A stretch of DNA of 64,000 nucleotides from Isurus oxyrinchus (taxonomy: Eukaryota), in NCBI GenBank assembly GCA_026770705.1, contig JANJGN010000021.1, positions 107,508,001-107,572,000 of the forward strand, given 5' to 3'. This document shows positions 1-11,114 of this stretch, piece by piece (the stretch's first letter is position 1; every line of letters starts with the position of its first letter). A model generated the notes under the pieces. That model was not told where the DNA came from. It made no database searches and was given only the letters and a program-made list of their open reading frames with translations. Position numbers and translations under genes: made by a program.

Positions 1-216
1 TGTGATATTGTTGCTAACATATGAAGCCAGAATCTAAAGCTATCAATATCAGTAGCTAAACTCTGCTTTGCCCAGAGGACAGCTCGCTGTCACTCTATCT
101 CTCACTTTAAATCTTCAGAAAAAGTTTCTCTTTTAGACATTTCCTAATCACTGAATACTAAAATGTATAATGAATTATTTAAAGACAAGTTAATTTCATT
201 CTTTTTATCTTTTCAG

Positions 217-243
217 CCTTAATGAGGATGATTGATGCTAAAG
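217..243 (+). CDS. Gene A (butyrophilin-like or TRIM-like): penultimate 27-nt phase-1 micro-exon (xLMRMIDAK)
   Basis: Polypyrimidine tract plus ttttcag acceptor and AAG|gtaaga donor. 27 nt, phase 1-1. Splices in frame (G+TT=Val) to the B30.2 exon at 4036. Same size class as gene B micro-exons. Confidence 0.75.
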
Positions 244-639
244 GTAAGATTTGCACCTCACAAGTGATTCCTTATTGAGTTGTGCGCACATGAGTGTGTG
301 TGTGAGAGAGAGTGTGCACGTGGAATTGGCCTCACCTTTTAGTATCATAGCATCTTATAGTACAGGAGGAGGCCATTCAGCCCATTGAATTTGTGCCGAC
401 TCTTTGAAAGAGCTGTTCAATTATTCCCACTCCCCTGCTCTTTCCCCATAGCCCTGTAAATATTGCCCTTTAAGTGTTACCTTGTTTGATTGCTGCGTTT
501 TTTTTCAATGTTTTATCCCCCTCTTGTTTTTTAACCAATAATCATCAACCTGTGTCCTCTGTTCCCAGTGACAGGAGGGGCAGCAACAAAAATTAATAAG
601 GAGGAGCTATTAAAGCTCCTGAACATGTTTATCAAATCC

Positions 640-1765
640 CCCCTTGAGAACATACGAATTAGGAGCAGAAGTAGGCCACTCGGCCCCTCAAGCCTGCTGC
701 ACCATTCAATAAGATCATGGCTGACTGGATTTTTAACCTCAACTCCATATTCCCACCCAGCTCCGATAATCTTTCACCCCCTTGCTTATCAAGAAACTAT
801 CTCGCTCTGCCTTAAAAATATTCAAAGACTCTGTTTCCACCACCTTTCGAGGAAGAGATTTCCAAAATCTAACCACCCTCTGAGAGAAAATACTTCTCAT
901 CTCTGTCTTAAATGGGTAACCCCTTATTTATAAACAGTGACCCCTATTTCTAGGTTGTCTCACAAGATGAAATGTCCTCTCCACATCCAGCCTGCCAAGA
1001 CCCCTCAGGATCTTATATGTTTCAATCAAGTCGCCTCTTGCTCTTCTAAACTCCAGCGGATATGAGCTAGCCTGTCCAGCATTTCCTCTGGACAACCCGC
1101 CCAATCCAAACCTTCCCTGAACTGCTTTCAACAGACTTACATCTTTCTTTAAATAAGGTAACCAACAATGTACATAGTACTCCAGATGTGGTCTCGCCAA
1201 TGCCCTGTATAACTGAAATATAACCTCTCTACTTTTGTATTCAGTTCCCCTCACAAATGAAAATATTCTATTAGCTTTCCTAATTACTTATTGTACCTTC
1301 ACTCCAAACCTTTGCGATTTATTCACTAGGACGTCCAGATTCCTCTGCATTTCAGAGCTCTGCAATCTCTCACGATTTAGAAAATATGCTTGTTTTTTAT
1401 TCTAACTGCCATAATGAATCATTTCACATTTTCCCACATTATACTCCATTTCCCAGATCTTTTCCCAATCCCCTAACTTAACTATATCCCTTTGTAGCCT
1501 CCTTATGTACTCTTCACAAGTTACTTCCCTACTTTTCTTTGTATCATCAGTAGTAAATTTAGCAACTATACCTTGGATCCCTTCATCCAGATCATTCATA
1601 TAAATTTTAAAATGTTGAGGCCTCGGCACTGATGCCTGTGGCACAACACTTGCTCCATCTTGCCAACCAGAAAAAGACTCATTTATGTTAGCCAGTCAAC
1701 CTTCTATCCATCCCAATATGTTACCACTACAGCATGAGCTTTTATTTTCTGAAATAACCTTTGAT
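640..1765 (-). mobile_element. CR1-type LINE 3' fragment, degenerate
   Basis: ORFs IYMNDLDEGI..VAKF..DDTK and LYRALARPHLEY..RGDLIETYKILRGL, plus a CR1 3' tail. Confidence 0.88.
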
Positions 1766-2278
1766 GGCAGTGATGGTAACTAGCAGTGGAGTTGCTCTCC
1801 CTTTTAATTTGTTATTATCTAGCCATGGTTACTCTCCCCTTTAAGTAAATATCACCTTTGCAGTGCCCATATTTTTACAGAGAATTTTACAACATAGAAT
1901 CAGGCTCATAAGACCCTCTACCTGATCTAAAAGTTCTTGCCTCTACTCCGCGTATCAATAGCACACAACTTGGATATTGTTCCATTAACGTAGTACTTTT
2001 ATTAATAACACTAAGCAATAGTACATACTCTCAATACTGATTACTTAGTAGCCTGGTGGGCTGGAGATCGTCTCAATGGTCAGTCCATTGATGAGGTCTC
2101 CGTACATGACTTCAGAGAGCCTGACCAAACTATTGTACCCACTACAGCAGTGAAGTCTCTGAGTTCTGTGGCATAAAAGGTAATATCTGTTTTTAGCTCA
2201 TAAAATTGGTTTTCAATTCCATCAGTGTCATTTCCCCTGTCCTTATGTCCTGAGCCTGAAGAATTCTACTTTGTCATG

Positions 2279-3277
2279 TGTTACGACCACATCAGATGTT
2301 AATGCTGAGCAAGCCAGATACCAGGGGGAACCTGTCTTACTGATCATAAACCTGTTTTTTTTTTTTGAAAATGAGGAGGTAAAGCTACTGACCCCAAAAG
2401 CGTAGGACTCCAGTAACACCATTAGGATTTTAAAAGTTAAAAGATTTATTAAAAAGAAAAAATCTTAAGCACATAAGATTAAAGTTACACAATTACAGAA
2501 TAACCCCCAAAATACCCACATAGATTTTAAAACCATGAAAATCCAGTAATATTAGCCAAAGCAAAGAATTGGTGTCACTTTCATAATGGTATACCACACT
2601 GACTCCTCAAACACTTGCACTCAGATGTGATAATCCAAAAAGGTTCAGAATCAAATTGCTTTTTGAAAACGGAGACTTTTCTGGCTTGAAACTGGGTGAC
2701 TGCTTCATATTCAAAACTTTCACACCTTCTCAGCACACAGATGTGATCTTCAGGACATTTCCCCACATAGTCACATCAACTTGGCTAAACATCTTATTTT
2801 AAATATCTTTATCCCTTTCATCTCAAATTCCCTTGCCCTCAACTTCTCCAAACATAAAAATCTGTTAAGTTTTCCTATTAACTCTATTTTCGGGTCAATA
2901 AAATTTACTATATCTTCCCCTGTTTACTTAATGAAATCTTTGTAATTTGTAAAAGTTCCTCGTCACTTCTTCCCTTTTGCAATTCAACAGCGGAAAAGCC
3001 AAGTCTCCACTTATAATGAAATTTTAAATTCAGCCTATTTACTTGTAACTCGAACATACCATAAACCCTCATTACAAATGCATGAGCCGAACACCTTTAC
3101 CTTTCTATCTCTTGGTTTTCATAAACAAGCTGTCTCTATTAACCTCCCCTAGTTTAATGAATCATGGACACGGACACGGATGGACACACACACATGGACA
3201 CACACACACACACACACCTTCCTTTACAGAATCCCACCATAATCCGAAAATTATAAGTAAAAACAACCATCATCACA
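2279..3277 (-). mobile_element. Solo LTR-like element resembling 62072-62990
   Basis: tgttacga..tcatcaca termini, tttatt near the left end and a similar AT-rich layout. TSD not clear. Confidence 0.5.
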
Positions 3278-4035
3278 GCTGTTACCAATCCTCAGGCTGG
3301 TCCAGACATAAAAACAAAGAAAACTGCGGTCCAGACAGACGCCTTCGTTATGTCTGATGAGCACAAAAGGTGGTCAATCTTTCTCACAGTTCGAGGCCAG
3401 TTCTCCTGCCCAATTTAATTCATTTTGCAGACCCTGTTAATTCTGGCAAGGCTGTGTCGTCTCTAATTTACCCACCCTGCGTGGCACCCACAATGCAGCT
3501 CTTTGTGTCCCCTTCTCTTCGATGTTCAATGTTTACCACATGAGACAGACTCAGCATATACAGGGCTACCAAGCCACCAGTCTACATTCATCAATACAGG
3601 AGAAACAGAGAATCTGTTACATGGTTAAAAGTGATGAATACATTAAAAAGAAAACAAATAACCCATTGGCTTGCAGGCCATTCACCCCAACTAACCTGTG
3701 CTGGTGTTTAGCTCTACACAAACCTCCTCGACCCTCTTCGTCTCACCCCATCATCATATCATTCTATTCATTTTTCCCCCAATGTGTTTAAGCAGCTTCC
3801 TCTTGAATGTAAAATATCGGGCTTGTCCAACCCACATTTGGCCCGCAAAACCCATATAATGAGGCCCCAGAGCTACTGTTCAAAATGCCGGTTAGACAAG
3901 TGCGTAATGTTTGGCCGCAGTTCCCTCTCCTTTTAAAATCCTGGCTTGTGTTGTTAGCCTCCCTTTTAAACAGCACTAAACCCAGTCCAGTGTCTGGGGT
4001 GCTAAACCTGTCCCTTGCTTTTTCATCCTTTTTAG

Positions 4036-4547
4036 TTGACTTCACCCTGGACGGTGACACTGCGAATCCAAACCTCCAGGTATCTTCCGATACCGTGAGC
4101 TACCCTGCAGTAGGAAAGATTCCCGCTGGCGTGTCCAGGTTATCCGTGCTGGGAAATAAAGGCTTCACCAGCGGGAAGCACTTCTGGGTGGTGGAAGTGA
4201 ACAGTCAGACCCCCTGGGACCTGGGAGTAGCCAGGAAGACAATGGTCAGGGAGGACGAGCCAGCTTTGAGCCCTGAAAACGGATACTGGACGATTGGGCA
4301 CGACGGGCGAAAATACTGGGCGAACGACACCAGCCCCTTGGAAATCTCCCTCGAACAGAATGTCCAGGAGATTGGAATATACATCAACTGCCACGCTGGG
4401 AAGGTCCTTTTATGCGATATGGCCACCCGTTCCCACCTCCACACTTTCACTGACAGCTTCGAGGAGCCGATCTACCCTTTCTTCAATCTCTCTCAGTCTG
4501 GGGAAATGTTAATTTCTTCGTCGATCACGAACTCCCTCAGACAATAG
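4036..4547 (+). CDS. Gene A terminal exon: B30.2 (PRY-SPRY) domain; upstream exons lie outside the window
   Basis: ttttag acceptor at 4035. Translation VDFTLDGDTANPNLQVS...VLGNKGFTSGKHFWVVEV...WDLGVA...LSPENGYWTIG...IGIY...IYPFF carries the hallmark PRY/SPRY motifs. Stop TAG at 4545-4547. Confidence 0.92.
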
Positions 4548-4968
4548 TCCAAAACGCGTTGACCAGGCCATTGCATGTGATGCCATCGCTGTGTTGCGGG
4601 ATGATGATAATGTCAATCTCTTAAAGTCACAAGACCCAAACAGACACTAACTTACTCCCAGAGTTATCCCAAAACATTGGGAGTAGACGTTTCTCTCTTG
4701 TACTTGGCGTTATTCAACACTGGGAGAGGGGCAGGGGGCAGACTGCTTTGGGATAAAGGAAAACGGGGAATGGACTGCTCACCACAATTCCCTCCCTCCC
4801 TAATTACTCCCTCCCTCCCTAATTACTCCCTCCTTTCTTGGACTGAATCCGGTTTGGGTGAAATTGGTTTGCTCTGGACCTGGCCGATTTTTCATTGTCA
4901 TGGGGCCTGCCCTGTTCCCCAAACTTGGCCAAAAGTTTACTTTTCTCCCAATGGTTTAGAGTTTGAGC

Positions 4969-4974
4969 AATAAA
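4969..4974 (+). terminator. Candidate polyadenylation signal of gene A
   Basis: First AATAAA noticed after the stop codon, about 420 nt downstream. Confidence 0.4.
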
Positions 4975-5289
4975 CCCCTTCAGTGAGGGAAACGCTGCAG
5001 CATCTGATGTGCTGTCCTCCAGATGAGCCATTAAACCTGAGATTGACCCCGCGGATCCCATGGTGGAATTGCGAGGTTGGGCAAGGGGAGCTTCCTCCCC
5101 CACTCCACCGCCGCCACCACCACCACCAACCACCCCCCCCCCCCCCCCCCTCCCCCGCCACTGCTCGATGTTTGGATTAGAAGGGACCTGTTCACTAAGT
5201 GGCATCTGCATTTCAAAATAATTGTACTAATGACCTCTGACTTTGTTATTAAAGATACAAGTTAACAAACATAAACTCTTGGTTCTCTT

Positions 5290-5660
5290 AATTATACTTT
5301 GGATATGAGCAAAACTGGCCAGGCCAGATTTTATTGCCCTAGTTGCCCTCAAGAAGGTGGAGGTGAGCTGCCCTCTTGAACCGCTGTTTTCCATGTGGTG
5401 TAGGTACACCCACAGTGCTGTTAGGAAGGGAGTTCCAGGATTTTGACCCAGTGACAGTGAAGGAAGGACGATATATTCCCAAGTCAGGATGGTGAATGGC
5501 TTATAGGGCAACTTCCAGGTGGTGGTGTTCCCACCTACCTGCTGCCCTTGTCCTTCTAGGTGGTAGTAGTCATGGGTTTGGAAGGTGCTGTCTAAGGATC
5601 CTTGGTGAGTTCCAGCAGTGCATCTTGTCGATGGTACACACGGCTGCCAGGGCTTCTGAT
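5290..5660 (-). mobile_element. 3' fragment of the second LINE family
   Basis: Matches 13870-14220. Confidence 0.75.
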
Positions 5661-6019
5661 GTTTGAACTCAGGGTTTCTGAACTTGAAGCGAGTGGGCAG
5701 GTTAGTGCAATTAAAATATTCCTTGGATTGCACCTTTCAGGAGGTGGTCACTCCGCAGCTACAGAGAGTCTAGGGGACAGTAAATGGCTGGCCATCCAGC
5801 TGGGTCGGAAGAGACAGGAATTCTCCAGGAACGTGGCAACCTCAGGCCAGCTTTCCCTGCTGAATACCAGTGAAGGTGGCAGCACCTGGGGGTGGGGGAG
5901 TGCAGCCTAAAGCGCATCCACAAAGCAGCAGTGGAACTGCACACGGGGAGCCCAGCGACCTGGAGAAAGATCACAGGGAATTCTCGAGCCGGACGACAGG
6001 CAGGTATTTCTACAACTGC

Positions 6020-6935
6020 CTGATGTGAGAGCCATGTGCTGACTTGTCTCCCAGGCTAAAGCAACGTGACTGAAAGCACATGGGACTTTCCATGAGGGGG
6101 GAGAAGAACAGCCAGAAATGACCTTCTGTTATGGTATTAGCACCAAAATGTTTGAGGGCCGATAGTCAGGGCTTCCGCAGATTGTGACGAAGTTAAAAAA
6201 GCAGGACCTCGAGGGTATCAGTAAGCTGTGGATTACTCTCAGTGGTTACACTGGTCAGCCAGGCTAATGCACGGTTGGAGAAATGGTGCAGGAGTTAGGG
6301 TTTCAGATTCTTGTGGTATGGAATGAGCTCTGGGGCAGGGAAAACCTGTTCACAAGGGACAGGTTGTTCCTTGACAGCTGGGACCAATGTCCTCATGGGG
6401 AGGTTAGCTAGTGCAGCTGGGGTGTGGGATGGAGAGGTTGCAGCATCAGAGGTAAAACAAGGTATACAGAGGACTGGGAAAGGCAATTATCATTAGAATA
6501 GAGAGGGGATAGTGATGGGAGAAATGCAAAGCAGTCTAAGATGGATTTGCAGCGTGTGTGTAAATGCGCTGTGTGGGGTAAATAAGACGTGGGTGCTCCG
6601 GGTATAAGTCACCACGGGGGATGTTAAATGGCAATATTGGAGACCTTGAATGAGAGCAGGAATGGGAACTTAACGTTCCTGGCTACACTGTATTCAGGAG
6701 AAAGAGGGGAGAAAAAGCGGGGTTTGTGGCATTATTGATCACAGATTTAGTACTGGAGAGACCAAAGACGGAATCTATTTGGCTTGAATTAAGGAATATC
6801 AAGGGCACTCGTACATCAATGTGTGTAATCTATAGGCAGCTGAATGGTGTGAAGGAGATGGTGGAGCAAATCTATAGACAAATTAGCGAAATATAGAAGA
6901 ATGACAGAGCAATAATAATGGAGGACTTCAAATAT
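6020..6935 (+). mobile_element. Degenerate CR1 ORF1-end / ORF2-start fragment
   Basis: GTNVLMGRLASA resembles the CR1 ORF1 esterase C-terminus, followed by AP-endonuclease-like remnants. Confidence 0.5.
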
Positions 6936-7244
6936 AGAAAAGAATCAGAATGGTTACAGCACAAAGAGGCCATTTGGCCCATTGTCCATGCTGGCTCTTT
7001 GCAAGTTCAATTCATCGAGTATCACTCCCCTGCCTTTTCCCCAATAGTCCTGCAAATTCTTCCTCTTCAGATAATGATCCAATTCTCTTTTGAAAGCCCT
7101 GATTGAATCTGCCTCCACCACACTCTCAAGCCATTCATTCCAGATCAGAAACACTCGCTGTGGAAAAGGGGAATGGGACTTGCTACAGGTCATGACACGG
7201 GCAAGAGGATTTTGGTCGAGTTCAAGTTTACAGAGGGCAGAGCG

Positions 7245-7945
7245 TGGTAGAGCAGCCAGGAGTGATTTCGAATAGCTGAGTCTAGAGCTAATGAAGGCAT
7301 GGGTGAGGGTTTCAGCAGCCGATGAGCTGAGACAGGAGTGAAGTCAAGCAATATTACCCAGATGGAAACAGGCTGCTTAGCGAGGCATAAATATGAGGTT
7401 GAAAGTTCATCTTGGGGTCAGATGTGATACCAAGTTTGCAAAAGACTGGCTTAATCTCAGATGGTTGCTAGAGGGAGGTATAGAGTCAGTAGCTTGGAAA
7501 AGAATTTGGAGCAGGGGGAAAACACTAGTTTCAGCCTTCCAAAATTTAATTGGAGGAAATTTCTACTCATCCAGTACTCGATGTCAGACAAGCAGTCTGA
7601 TAATTTTGCAATGCTGGAGTCGACAAGAGAGGTGGTAGTGAGGTAGCGATGGGTGTATCAGTGTATCTCTGAAGCCTATTGCTGTACTTTCCCATGATGT
7701 AGATGAGGAACATGAGGGAGCCAATAGGTCTTTGGGGGAACATCAAAGACAATGGTGTGGGAGCTGGAAGAGAATCCATTGCAAATGATCCTCTGGCGAT
7801 GGTGAGATAAATAACAGAAACAGGTGAGGAGTCCCAGCCAGCTGGAGAGGATTTGGAGGAGGATGGTGTACATCAACCGTGTCAGAGGCTGCAGACAGGT
7901 CAAGAAGGACGAGGAGGGAAAGTTTACTTTTGTCACAGTCACCTA
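7245..7945 (-). mobile_element. L2-type LINE fragment
   Basis: SLLVLLDLSAASDTVD is an L2-type RT motif; the rest is degenerate. Confidence 0.7.
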
Positions 7946-8015
7946 GCATGGGAGGTCCAACTCAGTGTGGTCTCCTTCTGAGCTATTGGAGGGGAGGGAA
8001 GTGTGGTAATGCAAG

Positions 8016-8132
8016 AAAACCCAGTAAAATTTGGAAAAATGACTGGTACTGGTCCAAACTGGAGTTCCATTTTAAGGTACGCAAGACCAGTTTGGACCAG
8101 TACCAGTCATTTCCCAATTTTTACTGGGTTTT
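8016..8132. repeat. About 46-bp inverted repeat with a 24-nt spacer (MITE-like hairpin)
   Basis: aaaacccagtaaaatttggaaaaatgactggtactggtccaaactgg pairs with ccagtttggaccagtaccagtcatttcccaatttttactgggtttt. Confidence 0.8.
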
Positions 8133-8139
8133 TCCTCCT

Positions 8140-8492
8140 AGACAGTCGGATTCATTAGATCGCACTGAAGAGCTGGCAGCGACGCCTCGTTCGGTGTTAT
8201 GTGATTCTGGGATTACAGTTTTAAGAAACACACAGCGGGGAACGAGAATTGTCAGCAAGAAAGACTCACACCCGGAGAATGTGGGAGGGGTTCGTGTCCA
8301 GGTGGATCTGAAATCGCCCAGGTCTTCCTTTCCGTTTTCCGGCGGATGTTTCAAAGTGAAAGTGAAAGTGAAGAAAAAGGGTCAGGCTGGATTTTTTCGG
8401 AGTTTGGTCTGGCCTGTTTCTCATCCGTTTCTCCGCTTACAATTAAGTAAACCTATTGAAAGAGAGGGAGAAGGTGTTTGATGTAGCTGCAG
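8140..8492 (+). promoter_or_regulatory. Putative promoter and non-coding exon 1 of gene B
   Basis: Unique, locally CpG-rich segment between repeats. ETS-like TTCCG motifs at about 8330-8342, IRF element at 8353-8372, and a consensus donor CAG|GTGAGT at 8492/8493. The ATG exon of gene B begins with a splice acceptor (35396), so an upstream exon is expected. Confidence 0.6.
8353..8372 (+). promoter_or_regulatory. ISRE/IRF-E element (AAAGTG)x3, also matching the PRDM1/Blimp-1 consensus
   Basis: The sequence AAAGTGAAAGTGAAAGTGAA matches the IRF1/IRF2 GAAANNGAAA consensus in tandem. Confidence 0.7.
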
Positions 8493-9295
8493 GTGAGTGT
8501 TGACTGGTCACGCTGGGGAGTGGGGTCGCTCCGGCTTTGGGCTGGTCAGATCAGAGCCTCTGCTCAGGGTACAATGTTCAGGAGCAGGGTGGCGGCTGCT
8601 TGGCTTCCCCAATTCAATCGTTGTGTGTGTGTGAAACAGGAGCAGACCGGAGTTTCAGGGTCTCAGGACCATCTCTGAAACAGACCCAAAAATACCTGGA
8701 AAAACTCAGCAGGTCTGGCAGGATCTACAGAGAGGAACACAGTTAACGTTTCGAGTCCGAATGTTCAGAACAGGTTCTGTTGAAGGTTCAAAACAAAAAC
8801 AGAATTACCTGGAAAAAACTCAGCAGGTCTGGCAGCATCGGCGGAGAAGAAAAGAGTTGACGTTTCGAGTCCTCATGACCCTTCGACAGAACTTGATTTC
8901 GAGTCCAAGAAAGAGTTGAAATATAAGCTGGTTTAAGGTGTGTGTGTGTGTGTGTGGGGGGGGGGGGCGGAGAGATAGAGAGAGAGAGAGGTGGTTGTGT
9001 AGACAAACAAGCAGTGATAGAAGCAGATCATCAAAAGATGTCAGCGACAATGGTACAAAAGAACACATAGGTGTTAAAGTTGGTGATATTATCTAAACGA
9101 ATGTGCTAATTAAGAATGGATGGTAGGGCACTCAAGGTACAGCTCTAGTGGGGGTGGGGGGGAGCATAAAAGATTTTAAAATATTTAAAAATAATGGAAA
9201 TAGGTGGGAAAAGAAAAATCTATAAAATTTATAGGGAAAAAAAAGGAAAAAGGGGGAAACAGAAAGGGGGTGGGGGTCGGGATGGGGGAGGGAGT

Positions 9296-10473
9296 TCACG
9301 ACCTAAAGTTGTTGAATTCAATATTCAGACCGGAAGGCTGTAAGGTGCCTAGTCGGAAGATGAGGTGTTGTTCCTCCAGTTTGCGTTGGGCTTCACTGGA
9401 ACAATGCAGTAAGCCAAGGACAGACATGTGGGCAAGAGAGCAGGGTGGAGTGTTAAAATGGCAAGCGACAGGGAGGTTTGGGTCATTCTTGCGGACAGAC
9501 CGCAGGTGTTCTGCAAAGCGGTCGCCCAGTTTACGTTTGGTCTCTCCAATGTAGAGGAGACCACATTGGGAGCAACGAATGCAGTAGACTAAGTTGGGGG
9601 AAATGCAAGTGAAATGCTGCTTCACTTGAAAGGAGTGTTTGGGTCCTTGGACGGTGAGGAGAGAGGAAGTGAAGGGGCAGGTGTTACATCTTTTGCGTGG
9701 GCATGGGGTGGTGCCATAGGAGGGGGTTGAGGAGTAGGGGGTGATGGAGGAGTGGACCAGGGTGTCCCGGAGGGAGCGATCCCTACGGAATGCCGATAAG
9801 GGGGGTGAAGGGAAGATGTGTTTGGTGGTGGCATCATGCTGGAGTTGGCGGAAATGGCGGAGGATGATCCTTTGAATACGGAGGCTGGTGGGGTGATAAG
9901 TGAGGACAAGGGGGACCCTATCATGTTTCTGGGAGGGAGGAGAAGGAGTGAGGGCGGATGCGTGGGAGATGGGCCGGACACGGTTGAGGGCCCTGTCAAC
10001 GACCGTGGGTGGAAAACCTCGGTTAAGGAAGAAGGAGGACATGTCAGAGGAACCGTTTTTGAAGGTAGCGTCATCGGAACAGATGCGACGAAGGCGAAGG
10101 AACTGGGAGAATGGGATGGAGTCCTTACAGGAAGCGGGGTGTGAGGAGCTGTAGTCGAGGTAGCTGTGGGAGTCGGTGGGTTTGTAATGGATATTGGTGG
10201 ACAGTCTATCACCAGAGATTGAGACAGAGAGGTCAAGGAAGGGAAGGGAAGTGTCAGAGATGGACCACGTGAATATGATGGAGGGGTGGAGATTGGAAGC
10301 AAAATTAATAAATTTTTCCAAGTCCCGATGAGAGCATGAAGCGGCACCGAAGTAATCATCGATGTACCGGAGAAAAAGTTGTGGAAGGGGGCCGGAGTAG
10401 GACTGCAACAAGGAATGTTCCACATACCCCATAAAGAGACAGGCATAGCTGGGGCCCATGCGGGTACTCATAG
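9296..10473 (-). CDS. Truncated Penelope ORF: C-terminal RT plus GIY-YIG endonuclease
   Basis: AMSTRMGPSYACLFMG, catalytic RYIDD, FLDL, Cys cluster CPRKRCNTC and NLVYCIRC..LYIGET..RFAEH. The first ~26 aa of the listed ORF (10552-10474) come from the inverted arm. Confidence 0.9.
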
Positions 10474-11075
10474 CCTGCGGTCTGTCCGCAAGAATGACCC
10501 AAACCTCCCTGTCGCTTGCCATTTTAACACTCCACCCTGCTCTCTTGCCCACATGTCTGTCCTTGGCTTACTGCATTGTTCCAGTGAAGCCCAACGCAAA
10601 CTGGAGGAACAACACCTCATCTTCCGACTAGGCACCTTACAGCCTTCCGGTCTGAATATTGAATTCAACAACTTTAGGTCGTGAGCTCCCTCCCCCATCC
10701 CGACCCCCACCCCCTTTCTGTTTCCCCCTTTTTCCTTTTTCCCTATAAATTTTATAGATTTTTCTTTTCCCACTTATTTCCATTATTTTTAAATATTTTA
10801 AAATCTTTTATGCTCCCCCCACCCCCACTAGAGCTGTACCTTGAGTGCCCTACCATCCATTCTTAATTAGCACATTCGTTTAGATAATATCACCAACTTT
10901 AACTTTAACACCTATGTGTTCTTTTGTACCATTGTCGCTGACATCTTTTGATGATCTGCTTCTATCACTGCTTGTTTGTCTACACAACCACCTCTCTCTC
11001 TCTATCTATCTCTCCGCCCCCCCACACACACCTTAAACCAGCTTATATTTCAACTCTTTCTTGGACTCGAAATCA

Positions 11076-11114
11076 AGTTCTGTCGAAGGGTCATGAGGAC
11101 TCGAAACGTCAACT
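11076..11114 (+). ncRNA. Minimal type-I hammerhead ribozyme-like motif (mirror copy on - strand at 8855-8893)
   Basis: AGTT-CTGTCGA-A-GGGTC-ATGAG-GACTC-GAAA-CG-TC-AACT gives stem I AGTT/AACT, a core variant of CUGANGA, stem II GGGUC/GACUC, GAAA and a GUC site. Penelope terminal repeats are known to carry minimal hammerheads. Confidence 0.65.

Noticed and set aside
3885-4035. N-terminal part of the 220-aa ORF as a signal-peptide-bearing single-exon SPRY protein
   Set aside because: Domain homology starts exactly at a good acceptor (4035/4036) that is in phase with the micro-exon at 217-243. The upstream part is best read as intron.
9296-10552. 418-aa ORF as an intact autonomous retrotransposon protein
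   Set aside because: The N-terminal RT motifs are missing and the listed start lies in the inverted arm, so the copy is 5'-truncated.
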